NCBI GenBank assembly: GCA_965214705.1
Contig: OZ243972.1
Coordinates: 192,001 to 256,000, forward strand
Reading direction: 5' to 3'
Source of the DNA: Alphaproteobacteria bacterium
GTDB lineage: Bacteria > Pseudomonadota > Alphaproteobacteria > UBA828
DNA: 64,000 nucleotides
A program made the position numbers and the translations under genes. Shown here piece by piece: positions 10,408-20,136 of this stretch. Numbering within the stretch: the stretch's first letter is position 1; each line of letters starts with the position of its first letter. The notes beneath the pieces are model-generated. The model ran no database searches. It was given only the letters and a program-made list of their open reading frames with translations, and was not told where the DNA came from.

Positions 10408-11594
10408 CGTTCCACCAGGGCGATGCGCTTGTTGTACCAATTCATGAATGCGGACGTGAGCAGACTCAGCACCAGATAGAACGCCATGTAGAGGGAGATC
10501 ACCTCGAGCGCCTGTCCGCTCTGGTTGAGAATGGTATCGCCGATGGAGACGATATCCTGATAGCCGATGGCGACGGCGAGCGAGGAGTTCTTGGTCAGGT
10601 TGAGGTACTGGCTGGTCATCGGCGGGATGATCACCCGCAGCGCCTGCGGCAGGATGATCTTGCGCATGGTCAGCCCGCGCCTCAGCCCGAGCGCGCCGGC
10701 CGCCTCGGTCTGACCCTTGGAGACCGAGAGAATCCCGCCGCGCACGATCTCGGAGATGAAGGCGCCGGTATAGGTGGAGAGCGCCAGCCAGAGCGCTATC
10801 AGCTCCGGCGTGATGTTGAAGCCGCCCTTCAAATTGAAGCGCTTCTTCTCCGGGATGTCGAAATCGAGCGGCTGGCCGAGGGCGACATAGACGATCACGG
10901 GGATGCCCACGATCAGCCCGAGCCCGACCCAGCCGACCGGGAAGGTGCGGCCCGTCGCCTCCTGGCGTTTCCTGGCCCAGCGCCCGACCAGGACCGCCCC
11001 GATCACACCGATCAGGATCATCGCCAGCACGATCGCCGAGCCGTCCTCGAAGATGGGCGAGGGCAGGAAGATGCCGCGATTGTTCAGAAAGGCTGCATCA
11101 CCGATCGAAATGCTGTCCTTCACCCTGGGCAGCGCCAGCATGATCAGCCACCAGAAGATAATCTGCAGCAGGACCGGGACGTTGCGGGTGAACTCGACCC
11201 AGACCCCAACGATGCGGCTCACCAGGAAGTTGTTGGACAATCTGAGGACGCCCGTGACGAAGCCGATGACCGTCGCAGCGATGATGCCCATCACGGCGAC
11301 GAGGATCGTGTTGAGCGCACCGACCACGAACGCCTGCCCATAGGTCGAGGTCGACGCGTAATCGAGGAGGCGCTGGTTGATATCGAAGTTGGCGGTGTCG
11401 AAGAGGAAGCCGTAGCCGGAGGAGAGGCCGGCTTCTCTGAGGTTCGTGATCGTGTTTATAACGATGAAGGCGGCGAGTCCCGCCACCCCGAGCACGATCA
11501 GAATTTGAAAGATGACGCCGCGGGCGCGCTCGTCGGTCCAGGCGCGGCTTATGTCGAAGCCGCCGCCGCGTGGAGGCGCCGGTCTCTCGCTCAC
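10404..11594 (-). CDS. aapQ: Amino acid ABC permease (AapQ/BztB)
   Basis: RNVPVLLQ, LNNRG, GQTEAA, SQYLNLTKNSSLA, MNWYNKRIALVER. Confidence 0.9.
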   Translation of the reverse strand: MSERPAPPRGGGFDISRAWTDERARGVIFQILIVLGVAGLAAFIVINTITNLREAGLSSGYGFLFDTANFDINQRLLDYASTSTYGQAFVVGALNTILVAVMGIIAATVIGFVTGVLRLSNNFLVSRIVGVWVEFTRNVPVLLQIIFWWLIMLALPRVKDSISIGDAAFLNNRGIFLPSPIFEDGSAIVLAMILIGVIGAVLVGRWARKRQEATGRTFPVGWVGLGLIVGIPVIVYVALGQPLDFDIPEKKRFNLKGGFNITPELIALWLALSTYTGAFISEIVRGGILSVSKGQTEAAGALGLRRGLTMRKIILPQALRVIIPPMTSQYLNLTKNSSLAVAIGYQDIVSIGDTILNQSGQALEVISLYMAFYLVLSLLTSAFMNWYNKRIALVER

Positions 11595-11663
11595 GGTGGC
11601 GGCGCCCTCCTCACGTCAACGGAACAATCTCTCTTGTCTCAAATAAGCACTGATCAGAAAGAA

Positions 11664-11699
11664 TCACCGTCCCGCCCGGTCGCGCGGGCGGGACGGTGA
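11664..11699 (-). terminator. Intercistronic stem-loop after aapJ (attenuator or mRNA stabiliser)
   Basis: Perfect 15-bp inverted repeat TCACCGTCCCGCCCG/CGGGCGGGACGGTGA with a 6-nt loop, followed on the minus strand by TTCTTTCT. Confidence 0.7.
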
Positions 11700-11710
11700 C
11701 ATCGTTGATT

Positions 11711-12742
11711 CTAACGGAACGGAGGCGAATAGAGGATGCCGCCATCCGTGTACAGCGCATTCAGGCCACGACCCAGTCCGAGCGGGCTGTCGGGGCCAAT
11801 ATAACGGTCGAAGATCTCGGCGTAGTTGCCTTCCGCCGCGATCGCCCGGACCGCCCACTGCGCATCGAGGCCCAGCATCTCGCCGAGCGAGCCTTCCGTG
11901 CCGAGCATCCGGTTGATCTCAGGATGATCGCCAGCGGCTGCGGCCATCTCCTCGACATTCGCCTGGGTCACGCCGAGCTCCTCGGCCGTGATCAGCGCGT
12001 TAAGCGTCCAGCGCGCGATGTCCGCCCACTGGTCGTCGCCCTGGCGCACCAACGGACCCAGCGGCTCCTTCGAGACGATCTCCGGGAACACCATGTGTGC
12101 ACTGGGGTCGTCGAAGGTCGTCTTCGTTGCCGCCAGACCGGACGCGTCCGTCGTGTAGACGTCGCAACGCTCCGCCTCGTAAGCCGCGCGGGCCTCTGCG
12201 TTGGTCTCGATCGGCACCGGCTCGTAAGTGATGCCGTTGACGCGGAAGAAGTCCGCCAGGTTGAGCTCGGTGGTCGTGCCGGTCTGGATGCAGACCGAGG
12301 CGCCGTCGAGCTCGGTGGCGCTGCTGATACCCAAAGCCGTGCGGCCGATGAAGCCCTGGCCGTCATAGTAGTTGACGCCGACGAAGGTGAAGCCGAGGTC
12401 GACGTCGCGCGAGTAGGTCCAGGTCGTGTTGCGCGACAACACGTCGATCTCGCCTGACGCCAGCGCCGGGAAGCGGGTCTTGCCGGTCAGGTTGACGAAG
12501 GAAATCGCGTTGGCGTCGCCCAGAACGGCGGCGGCCATCGCCCGGCAATAAGCCACGTCGAAGCCGGTCCAATTGCCCGCATCATCGGTGTAGGCGAACC
12601 CCGGCAGGCCGGTGTTGATGCCGCACTTGAGCGTGCCTGCGGCCTTCACGTCGTCGAGTGTCGCTGCCTGGCCCGGAACCGCGCCCGCGGCCACCAGCGC
12701 GCCGGCCACCGCGACGGCGCCGGCAATCTTCTTGAAGCTCAT
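11711..12742 (-). CDS. aapJ: Amino acid ABC substrate-binding protein (AapJ/BztA)
   Basis: Signal peptide, RFPALASGEIDVLSRNTTWT, YYDGQGF, GTTTELN, SKEPLGP, YSPPFR. Confidence 0.93.
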   Translation of the reverse strand: MSFKKIAGAVAVAGALVAAGAVPGQAATLDDVKAAGTLKCGINTGLPGFAYTDDAGNWTGFDVAYCRAMAAAVLGDANAISFVNLTGKTRFPALASGEIDVLSRNTTWTYSRDVDLGFTFVGVNYYDGQGFIGRTALGISSATELDGASVCIQTGTTTELNLADFFRVNGITYEPVPIETNAEARAAYEAERCDVYTTDASGLAATKTTFDDPSAHMVFPEIVSKEPLGPLVRQGDDQWADIARWTLNALITAEELGVTQANVEEMAAAAGDHPEINRMLGTEGSLGEMLGLDAQWAVRAIAAEGNYAEIFDRYIGPDSPLGLGRGLNALYTDGGILYSPPFR

Positions 12743-12857
12743 CCCGTCCTCCAGTCTGACTTATGGTTGCTGCACGCGCCCGCCACGAACAACTCGCAGA
12801 TGCTACGCGAGTCCGCGATTACCGCCCGCCCGCCCGCCAAGCGCGCGTCAGGACGGC

Positions 12858-12937
12858 AGTCTAGGCACCAAAATGGCCATGAACAAGAAAAAGAGTTGGG
12901 GCGGCTATGCTTATTCGGTTGAGCTATACGTTATAGC
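12858..12937 (-). promoter_or_regulatory. Putative aapJ promoter and upstream operator-like palindrome
   Basis: Minus strand TTGTTC-N17-TAGACT (12886-12858). Inverted repeat GCTATA-CGT-TATAGC at 12923-12937 in an AT-rich patch. Confidence 0.4.
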
Positions 12938-13209
12938 GATAATGTGAAAGGTGCTTGTCGGTATCTACTCTGCGACGCACGACTGTGCCTGTCGAAGCGC
13001 CGCCCTTGAGGCCGGCCGACCGGAACGGGATGATGGCCGCAACGGGACGGCGGGCGCATCCCGGATTTTTCGAGCCGGGAGAAGAGGACAGGGACTGACG
13101 TGACGAGTGCAGCAGAACCATGTGCCGGCTGCGCCCCCTTGCCCTTGGGCTGCCCCCGATATGGGTCGAGTGGCGGCGCGCTCGGCCGCACCCGCGACCG
13201 CTCTCGCCG

Positions 13210-14136
13210 ATGACGGACGCCGCACCCTCGGCCGGTGGCACCGAGCCGCTACCGCGCCGGGGCTTCGTTCTTCTGGCAGCGCTGACGGTGCTGTGGGGCG
13301 TCAACTGGCCGATGCTCAAGCTCGCGCTCAACGAGCTGCCGGTGCTCACCTTCCGTGGAAGCTGCCTCTTCTTCGCAGGCCTGGTCATCATTGCCCTCCA
13401 CTGCGCGATCGGCCGCTCGATCAAAGTGCCGCGCCGGCAGTGGCGGCCGCTCCTGATCACCGGGTTCTTCAACATCACCGTCTGGCACCTCGCGACCGGG
13501 TTCGGGCTGGTCTACACGACCTCCGGCCGTGCCTCGATCATCGCCTACACGATGCCGATCTGGACCGTGCCGGTGGGCTATTTCGTGCTCGGCGAGCGAC
13601 CGGGCTGGCGGCGGCTGAGCGCGCTCGCGCTGGGCTCCGCCGGGTTGGGGGTGTTGATCGCGACCGACGCCCAGACCCTCAGCGCCGCACCACTGGGGCC
13701 GCTCCTGGTGCTCGTGGGCGCCGTCGGCTGGGCCTGCGGCACTGTCGCGCTCAAGCGCACCGATTGGCAAGTCTCCATGTGGGTGCTGGTCGGCTGGCAA
13801 TGCCTGATCTGCGGCTTGCCGATCTTCGTCGCAGCGGCCGTGGTGGACGCCGACACGGTACAATTCCCGTCGCTCTGGCCGCTAGTTTCGGTGATTTACA
13901 ACGTCTTCGCGCCGTTCGTTATCTGCTACTACATCTATTATGAGATCGTGCGGATGTTCCCGACCGGGGTGGCGACCGTGGGAACACTGGGCATCCCGAT
14001 GGTGGGGCTTTTCAGCGGAGCCCTGATCCTGGGCGAGCCGCTGGGCTGGAGCGAGTTCACCGCCCTCGGCCTGGTCATCGCAGCACTCGCGGTGCCGGTG
14101 ATGACGCGGCGCGAGAGCTTCGCGCGCAGCGGGTGA
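13210..14136 (+). CDS. DMT/EamA family transporter
   Basis: LWGVNWP, two EamA halves, ASIIAYTMPIW, LGERP, ILGEP; about 10 hydrophobic segments. Confidence 0.9.
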   Translation: MTDAAPSAGGTEPLPRRGFVLLAALTVLWGVNWPMLKLALNELPVLTFRGSCLFFAGLVIIALHCAIGRSIKVPRRQWRPLLITGFFNITVWHLATGFGLVYTTSGRASIIAYTMPIWTVPVGYFVLGERPGWRRLSALALGSAGLGVLIATDAQTLSAAPLGPLLVLVGAVGWACGTVALKRTDWQVSMWVLVGWQCLICGLPIFVAAAVVDADTVQFPSLWPLVSVIYNVFAPFVICYYIYYEIVRMFPTGVATVGTLGIPMVGLFSGALILGEPLGWSEFTALGLVIAALAVPVMTRRESFARSG

Positions 14137-14203
14137 CGGGCGGGCGGGCACGCGGCTCTCGGGCGCCACCGGGTCGAGAATCGGTCCGCATGCAGGGCCA
14201 ACC

Positions 14204-14233
14204 CTTGAACGGGCGCCGTGGCCGCCCCTATGT
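14204..14233 (+). promoter_or_regulatory. Putative RpoH/sigma70-type promoter of trxB
   Basis: CTTGAA-N17-CCTATGT, matching the alphaproteobacterial CTTG...CTATAT promoter pattern. Confidence 0.5.
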
Positions 14234-14282
14234 TTGTCACTCTTGCTGCCGGCGCCCGCGCCGGCCTTGACGGGAGACGCGC

Positions 14283-15251
14283 ATGGCGACGACCCACCGC
14301 AGCAAGGTCGTGATCATCGGCTCCGGCCCTGCCGGCTACTCTGCGGCGATCTACGCCGCGCGCGCCAACCTTGAGCCGATCATGGTCCAGGGCCTCGAGC
14401 CCGGCGGTCAACTCACTATCACCACCGATGTCGAAAACTATCCGGGCTTTGCCGACATTATTCAGGGGCCGTGGCTCATGGAGCAGATGGCGGGCCAGGC
14501 TGGGGCAGTGGGCACGCGGCTGATCCACGACATGATCGTCGCCGCGGATTTGGCCAAACGGCCCTTCGTCTGCACCGGCGATTCCGGCGATGTCTACATC
14601 GGCGACACCGTCATCATCTGCACGGGCGCGCAGGCGAAGTGGCTGGGCCTGGAGAGCGAGCAGCGCTTCATGGGCTTCGGCGTCTCGGCCTGTGCGACAT
14701 GCGACGGATTCTTCTTCCGCGGCAAGGAAGTCGCGGTGATCGGCGGCGGCAATACTGCCGTCGAAGAGGCGCTCTATCTCACCAATCACGCGAGCAAGGT
14801 CACCCTCGTCCACCGTCGCGACGCGCTCAGGGCCGAGAAAATTCTGCAGGACCGTCTGTTCCGAAACGACAAGATCGAGGTCCTGTGGGACCACGTGCTC
14901 GACGAGATCGAGGGCGAGATCGACCCGCCGACGGTGACGGGAATCGCGGTGCGCCACGTCAAGACCGATGCGGTGCAGCGAATCCCGCTCGCGGGCGTGT
15001 TCATCGCCATCGGGCACCGGCCCAACACCGAACTCTTCGCGGGCCAGCTTACGATGGACGACGAGGGCTACATCCAGACGATGGCGGACAGCACGAAGAC
15101 CAACGTGCCGGGCGTGTTCGCCGCCGGCGACGTGCAGGACAAGGTGTTTCGGCAAGCGGTAACCGCCGCCGGCACCGGCTGCATGGGTGCGCTGGAGGCC
15201 GAGAAGTTTCTCGCCGAGGCCGAGACGCCGGAGGCCGCTGCCGCGGCGTGA
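14283..15251 (+). CDS. trxB: Thioredoxin-disulfide reductase
   Basis: IIGSGPAG, GGQL..TTDVENYPGF, SACATCDGFF, GGGNTA, HRRD, FAAGDV. Confidence 0.98.
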   Translation: MATTHRSKVVIIGSGPAGYSAAIYAARANLEPIMVQGLEPGGQLTITTDVENYPGFADIIQGPWLMEQMAGQAGAVGTRLIHDMIVAADLAKRPFVCTGDSGDVYIGDTVIICTGAQAKWLGLESEQRFMGFGVSACATCDGFFFRGKEVAVIGGGNTAVEEALYLTNHASKVTLVHRRDALRAEKILQDRLFRNDKIEVLWDHVLDEIEGEIDPPTVTGIAVRHVKTDAVQRIPLAGVFIAIGHRPNTELFAGQLTMDDEGYIQTMADSTKTNVPGVFAAGDVQDKVFRQAVTAAGTGCMGALEAEKFLAEAETPEAAAAA

Positions 15252-15279
15252 GCACCGGCGCGGCGCCGGGGGCGCTGCC

Positions 15280-16170
15280 ATGGATTGGAACCGGCTACGA
15301 ATATTCCAGACGGTCGCCGAGCACGGCAGCTTCACCCGCGCCGGCGACATCTTGGAACTCAGCCAGTCGGCGGTGAGCCGCCAGATCGCGGCGCTGGAGA
15401 AGAGCCTCGGCGCGGTCCTGTTCCACCGCCACTCGCGCGGCCTGCTGCTGACCGAACAGGGCGAGGCGCTCTACCGCACGGTCCGCGAGGTCTCGGCCAA
15501 GCTCGCGATGACCGAGGCGCAGATCACCGACGCCCGCGACCGGCCCTCAGGTCCCTTGAAGATCACGACGACGGTCTCCTTCGCCTCGGTCTGGCTGACG
15601 CCCCGGATCCCCGCCTTCAACAGCCTTTATCCGGAGATCAAGATCACTCTGCTGACCTCGGACAACCTGCTGGACCTCGCCATGCGCGAGGCGGACGTGG
15701 CGATCCGCATGATCGAACCGACCGAGCCCGATCTCGTCCGCCGTCACCTGATGACCGTCTATTCGTACATCTACGCCTCGCCGGACTATCTGGCCCGTTT
15801 CGGGCCGATCGAGACGGTGGACGACCTCGCCCGCCAGCGCCTGATCATCTATGGCCAGGGACCGCTCACCCCCATCGCCAATCCGGACTGGCTGATCGGC
15901 ATTTCGGGCAATCCGACGGCCGACGGCCGCATCGTGTTGGAAGCGAATAACATTTATTGCATGCGCGAAGCCGTGGAGAGCGGCTTGGGGATCGCCGCGC
16001 TGCCTGACTACGTGGCCTGGGGCAGCAAGCGGCTCCAGCGCGTGCTGCCGGACCGTCAGGGTCCGCCCTTCGAAGCCTTCTTCACCTACGCCGAGGAGTT
16101 GCGATACTCCAAGAGAATCGGGGTTTTCCGCGACTTTCTGCTCTCCGAGGTGGCCAAGTGGCGCTCCTGA
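15280..16170 (+). CDS. LysR-type regulator (LsrB/VtlR-like by synteny with trxB)
   Basis: MDWNRLRIF...GSFT.A...LSQSAVSRQI HTH, LFHRH.RGL.LTEQGE, LDLAMREADVAIR, Y.EELR.S.R. Confidence 0.9.
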   Translation: MDWNRLRIFQTVAEHGSFTRAGDILELSQSAVSRQIAALEKSLGAVLFHRHSRGLLLTEQGEALYRTVREVSAKLAMTEAQITDARDRPSGPLKITTTVSFASVWLTPRIPAFNSLYPEIKITLLTSDNLLDLAMREADVAIRMIEPTEPDLVRRHLMTVYSYIYASPDYLARFGPIETVDDLARQRLIIYGQGPLTPIANPDWLIGISGNPTADGRIVLEANNIYCMREAVESGLGIAALPDYVAWGSKRLQRVLPDRQGPPFEAFFTYAEELRYSKRIGVFRDFLLSEVAKWRS

Positions 16171-16279
16171 TCCGCCCGTAGCCATGAACTAAACGCATGG
16201 CTGGTTTGCTTCCCATGCCCTAGCGCATTTGTTTCGGCACGATTACATATTGCGCCGCAGCATGACGCGTGCGTCATGC

Positions 16280-16420
16280 GACGAGGATTAGCCGGGGTGC
16301 CCACCCCGGTTTGTCGTCTTCAGGTGCAAGGCCTGAAGGGGATCCTCGGATCCCACGTCTCCTAGACGTGAAGCCTCCCTGTTAGACTGGCCGGGTCTTC
16401 GGACCCGGCCTTCCTTTTTT
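16280..16420 (+). ncRNA. Putative trans-acting sRNA (suhB/MmgR/alpha-r8-like 3' module, at the AbcR-syntenic position)
   Basis: Four consecutive hairpins, a CACGTCT-CCT-AGACGTG stem-loop, single-stranded anti-SD GCCTCCCT..AGACT, then an intrinsic terminator. 5' end approximate. Confidence 0.65.
16389..16420 (+). terminator. Rho-independent terminator
   Basis: GGCCGGGTC-TTCG-GACCCGGCC (UUCG tetraloop) followed by TTCCTTTTTT. Confidence 0.9.
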
Positions 16421-17639
16421 CGGCACGCGCGATGAGGCCACCCCGGTCCAGCCCGGTCCCCCGCTCGGGCCGGGGTCGATAGAGTGCGGCCGCCACAGCA
16501 TGGGTGATGGTCATGGATTTCCTCCGCCCCGAAATCGCCGCCCTGGAGCAGAACGGGATTACCCGCGTCGCCCTGACCCGCATCGGCGACCCGAAGGTGA
16601 TCGCGCTCTGGTTCGGCGAAGGCGATGCCGTGACCGACGAGTTCATTCGCGCAGCGGCCAAAGAGGCACTCGATGCGGGCGATACCTTCTACACCCACAC
16701 CCGCGGCAAGCAGGCCCTGCGCGACGCGCTGAAGCGCTACCTCGACTCCCTCTACGGCATCGACCTCGATCCCGACCGGATCACCGTGCCGGGCGCAACC
16801 ATGCTCGGCATCACCATTGCCGCGCAGATGGCGCTGACCACCGGCGATCACGCGATCATCATCGGCCCGGTCTGGCCCAACATCGAAAGCACCTACCAGG
16901 CGACCGGCGCCGAGGTGACGTATGTGAGCCAGCGGCGGACGGAGGCCGGCTGGCAGCTCGATCTCGACGACGTCCGGGCCGCGCTGCGCCCCCGCACCCG
17001 CTCGCTCTTCGTCAACTCACCCTGCAACCCGACCGGCTGGGTGATGCCCGCCGAGCAGCAGGCCGAGCTGCTCGCTCTCTGCCGGGAGCGGAACATCCTC
17101 CTGATCGCCGACGAGGTCTACCATCGCAGCGTCTATGACAGCGACGTCGCGCCCTCCTTCATGACGCTGGCGCGCGACGACGATCCGGTCATCGTCGTGA
17201 GCGGGTTCTCCAAGGCCTGGGCCATGACCGGGTGGCGGGTCGGCTGGGTGGTTGCGCCGAGCCGGCATGCCGAGACCTGGGCGATCCTCTCCGAATGTTT
17301 CAATACGGGGGCGACCGTGTTCGTGCAGCAGGCCGCGATCACGGCGCTGGAACGGGGCGAGGAGACGGTCGCCCGGCTGCGCGATCAGTACGCGAGGGGA
17401 CGAGAGATCGTGACCGAGGTGCTGGGGCGTTGCCCGCGCATCGAACTCACGGAGCCGCAGGGCGCGTTCTATGCCTTTCCGCGCGTGCGGGGACTCACGT
17501 CGAGCCTCGCGTTCGTGGAGGGCGTGCTCGCGGAGGAGGACGTTGGCATCGCGCCGGGCTACACCTTCGGCTCCGGCAACGAGGAGCATTTCCGGCTCTG
17601 CTTCGCACATTCGCACGATGCCCTGCGCGAGGGGCTCGA

Positions 17640-19799
17640 CCCAAGTTGGCACTTTTCCGCTGCCTGTGTTCCCTATTGGTTTGATTCAACGCGATATTTT
17701 TCTCGGTCGATTCCAACATGGCCCCACATTTTGTGAGATTCTGTCAGCTCATCAGACGGGTCCTCGTGCGGTGGATGGCGGGGTCCACGCCCGCCGCCGA
17801 GGAGATTGCGGCAACCTCGGCGGCCGGGCGCGTGTCCTGGCGGTTGACGATCAAGGTGCCGTCGGTCTGGCGCAGGCGCGTGGTGATCCGCACCCAGGTC
17901 CGCATGCTCTCGCGGATCGACGCCCAGCACTTGTGGATGCCGCGCGCGGCCAGCCGGGTACGGATCAGATGCACGGCGTGGTAGGCCAGCACGGCGATCA
18001 GCAGGTGGGCCGCGATGCGCCGGTCGAGCTGGTGCCAGATCGGGCGAAGGCCGAGCTCGGATTTCAGGCTCCGGAATGTCGCCTCGATATCCGTGATCCG
18101 CCAGTACGTCCGCAGGACCGTCTCGATGTCCCAGTCGACGTGGCTGGTGCGCAGCACATAGGCACCGGCGCCCTCATCGGCCTCGTCGTATCGCGGCCTG
18201 CGCTTGAAGCGCACGGCGGTGGCATTGGGGCCGGTTTTCGCCCTCTCGACCGTGATCTCGTAGTGCCTGGCGACGGCGGAGAAGCGCTGCTTGAGGCGGC
18301 CTATGCTCTCCAGCACCTTGTCGTAGCGCTTGAGGCGGCCCTTGACCGCAAGGCCGCCGTGGAGCCTTTCCAGCGCCGCCTCGAAGCGGTTCCGCCTCAG
18401 GCCGATGATCGCGTTCTCGGCCTTCTTCTTGCCCTCGCTGACGACGTAGAGCCGCGCCTCGCCGTCCTCGCTGGCAAGCCGCCAGGCCCGCACCTCGTGG
18501 CGCGCGCTGGTGATCAGCAGGGCCTCGGGTCCGCCCTCGGGCGGCGCAGGCCTGGCACCGCGGCTGACCGCGATCCAGTCGTAGCCCTGCTCGCCCAGCC
18601 ACGCGATGTTTTTCTCGGTGGCGATGCCCGCGTCCATGACCACCGTGGGCTTCGGCGCCGTGCCGCCGCACACCGCCTCGAGCCGCGCCAGCGCCTCGTG
18701 CAGCGTGCCCGGCTCGCTCACGTTGCCCGGCAGGATCTCGCAACTGCGCGGGAAGCCCGCGCCGTCGAGCGCCAGCGCCAGCGTGATGAGGGGACAGTCG
18801 TCGCGCTTCTGCTTGGAGCGCCCGAACCTGGGAAGCTCGCCGCCCGTGTGGCCGTGGTAGTGGACGTTGGTGAGATCGTAGAAGGCGATCGTCTCGGGCA
18901 GGTCGAGCAGTGCGCGCTCACGGTTGAACAGCTCCCGCTGGATGGCGGCGCGGTGGCGCCAGAGCAGGTCGCCGATGCGGTAGAGCGTCTTGCGCCGCAG
19001 CGCCTTGCGGTCGCCCTCCAGGCCCAGGAGCTCGGCGGCCGCGCTGTCGTGGCGGAGCCAGCGGCTGGTATCACGCTCGCTGGCGGGATGGACCATCCTG
19101 GCGACGATCAGCGCGCTGGCGATGCGCCCGTCGCGGCCCTTGATGTCGAGGCCGTGGAGGATTTCGGCGAAGCCGAGGGCGTCGAGGGCCTTGAGGCACA
19201 GGCGCTCGCAGCCGACGGTGCGCGGGTTCTCGTGCTCCAGGGTATCGAGGTCGACGGTGGCGATGTCGGGCTTGCGCGCCTCTTCCTGCATCGCCTCGAC
19301 GCGGAACCCCCTGGCCCTGAGCTTGGCGACGATGTCCTCGGCTGCGGCCCGCACATCCGCCTCGCCCTCGAACAGCGGCGGCTTGCCGTGAAGCAGCGCC
19401 TCGGCGAGTTCGGTGACGGCCTTCCACTTCTCGCGCGGCACCGGATAGTCGGTGCCGAGATTGAGCAGCGTCCTGTGGCGCACCTTGTCGCCGACGCGCT
19501 GGGCGAGCACGAGGCGATGGCTTCGGACCGGCTGGCCGGCCTTGTCGGTGTGTGTCCTGGTTGCCTTGATGTACATGGCGGCGCCGTTTCTGCGATGCCT
19601 GTTTCGCATACACGGCGTTCGCGGCATCTGGCAAGAGGGATATCGACTCAACTCCAAAGTCCTGGCCCCACAATTGGCTTCCAGGACCACGAATGGCAAA
19701 TGTGGGTCTCAGGTGTCCTCCAACCCCAACATCTAGTGGTTCAGCGCCGCAAAACTGGCTCGAACAGGCTCGGCTGGTCGGAAAAAGTGCCAACTTGGG
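17640..19799 (-). mobile_element. IS1634-family insertion sequence (2160 bp)
   Basis: Terminal IRs CCCAAGTTGGCACTTTT (17 bp perfect). 4-bp direct repeat TCGA at 17636-17639 and 19800-19803. Confidence 0.93.
17744..19576 (-). CDS. IS1634-family DDE transposase
   Basis: MYIK...KVRHRTLLNLG, FYDLTN, FGRSKQKRDD, PGNVSE, VMDAGI, IEATFRSLKSELGLRPIWHQ, RIAAHLLIAVLAY. Confidence 0.92.
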   Translation of the reverse strand: MYIKATRTHTDKAGQPVRSHRLVLAQRVGDKVRHRTLLNLGTDYPVPREKWKAVTELAEALLHGKPPLFEGEADVRAAAEDIVAKLRARGFRVEAMQEEARKPDIATVDLDTLEHENPRTVGCERLCLKALDALGFAEILHGLDIKGRDGRIASALIVARMVHPASERDTSRWLRHDSAAAELLGLEGDRKALRRKTLYRIGDLLWRHRAAIQRELFNRERALLDLPETIAFYDLTNVHYHGHTGGELPRFGRSKQKRDDCPLITLALALDGAGFPRSCEILPGNVSEPGTLHEALARLEAVCGGTAPKPTVVMDAGIATEKNIAWLGEQGYDWIAVSRGARPAPPEGGPEALLITSARHEVRAWRLASEDGEARLYVVSEGKKKAENAIIGLRRNRFEAALERLHGGLAVKGRLKRYDKVLESIGRLKQRFSAVARHYEITVERAKTGPNATAVRFKRRPRYDEADEGAGAYVLRTSHVDWDIETVLRTYWRITDIEATFRSLKSELGLRPIWHQLDRRIAAHLLIAVLAYHAVHLIRTRLAARGIHKCWASIRESMRTWVRITTRLRQTDGTLIVNRQDTRPAAEVAAISSAAGVDPAIHRTRTRLMS

Positions 19800-19915
19800 T
19801 CGAGCGGATCGTCCGCTACATCGAACGCCACGACAACGAGTTCGATTCAGCCTGAATCAGGAAGGAAAAGAGGACTATATTCGATAGTGACCGGCGCGAG
19901 GGCTAAGCTGCTGGC

Positions 19916-20108
19916 CTACTTGCCCTTCTTTTCCCCACGGAGCATTGCACCCGCGACCTCAATCTCACGGTCCTTGAGGTAATCCCAATCGTCTTCGTTC
20001 TTGGGCGGCGTGGTCACGAGTTCACGTGCCACGTTCTCCGGCGTGTCCAGGGATCGGCGCCGGCATCGGCTTCTCGATCAGGCGGCCTGGCGCACGCTTG
20101 TCGGTCAT
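19916..20108 (-). pseudogene. Small frameshifted passenger ORF (MTDKRAPGRLIEKPMPAPIP/DTPENVARELVTTPPKNEDDWDYLK...)
   Basis: AAGAGGA RBS plus ATG. One extra base near 20048 splits an otherwise continuous ~63-aa frame. Confidence 0.5.
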
Positions 20109-20136
20109 CACGATCCTCTTATCTCGTAGTGTCTCG

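Larger units (their letters stand above)
16507..19855 (+). pseudogene. Class I/II PLP aminotransferase interrupted near its 3' end by IS1634
   Basis: NSPCNPTG, ADEVY, GFSKAWAMTGWRVG, GAFY, FRL. Native end ERIVRYIERHDNEFDSA* resumes after the IS (stop 19855); the current read-through ORF stops at 17736. Confidence 0.88.

Noticed and set aside
12924-13225. ORFs in the aapJ-DMT intergenic region
   Set aside because: Low-complexity Arg/Pro/Ala translations without motifs. The region looks like divergent promoter DNA.
16260-16420. Hairpin series as a CRISPR array or riboswitch for the aminotransferase
   Set aside because: The hairpins are not repeats of one sequence, there are no spacers or cas genes, and I recognise no riboswitch consensus. 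An sRNA fits better, though an attenuator is not excluded.
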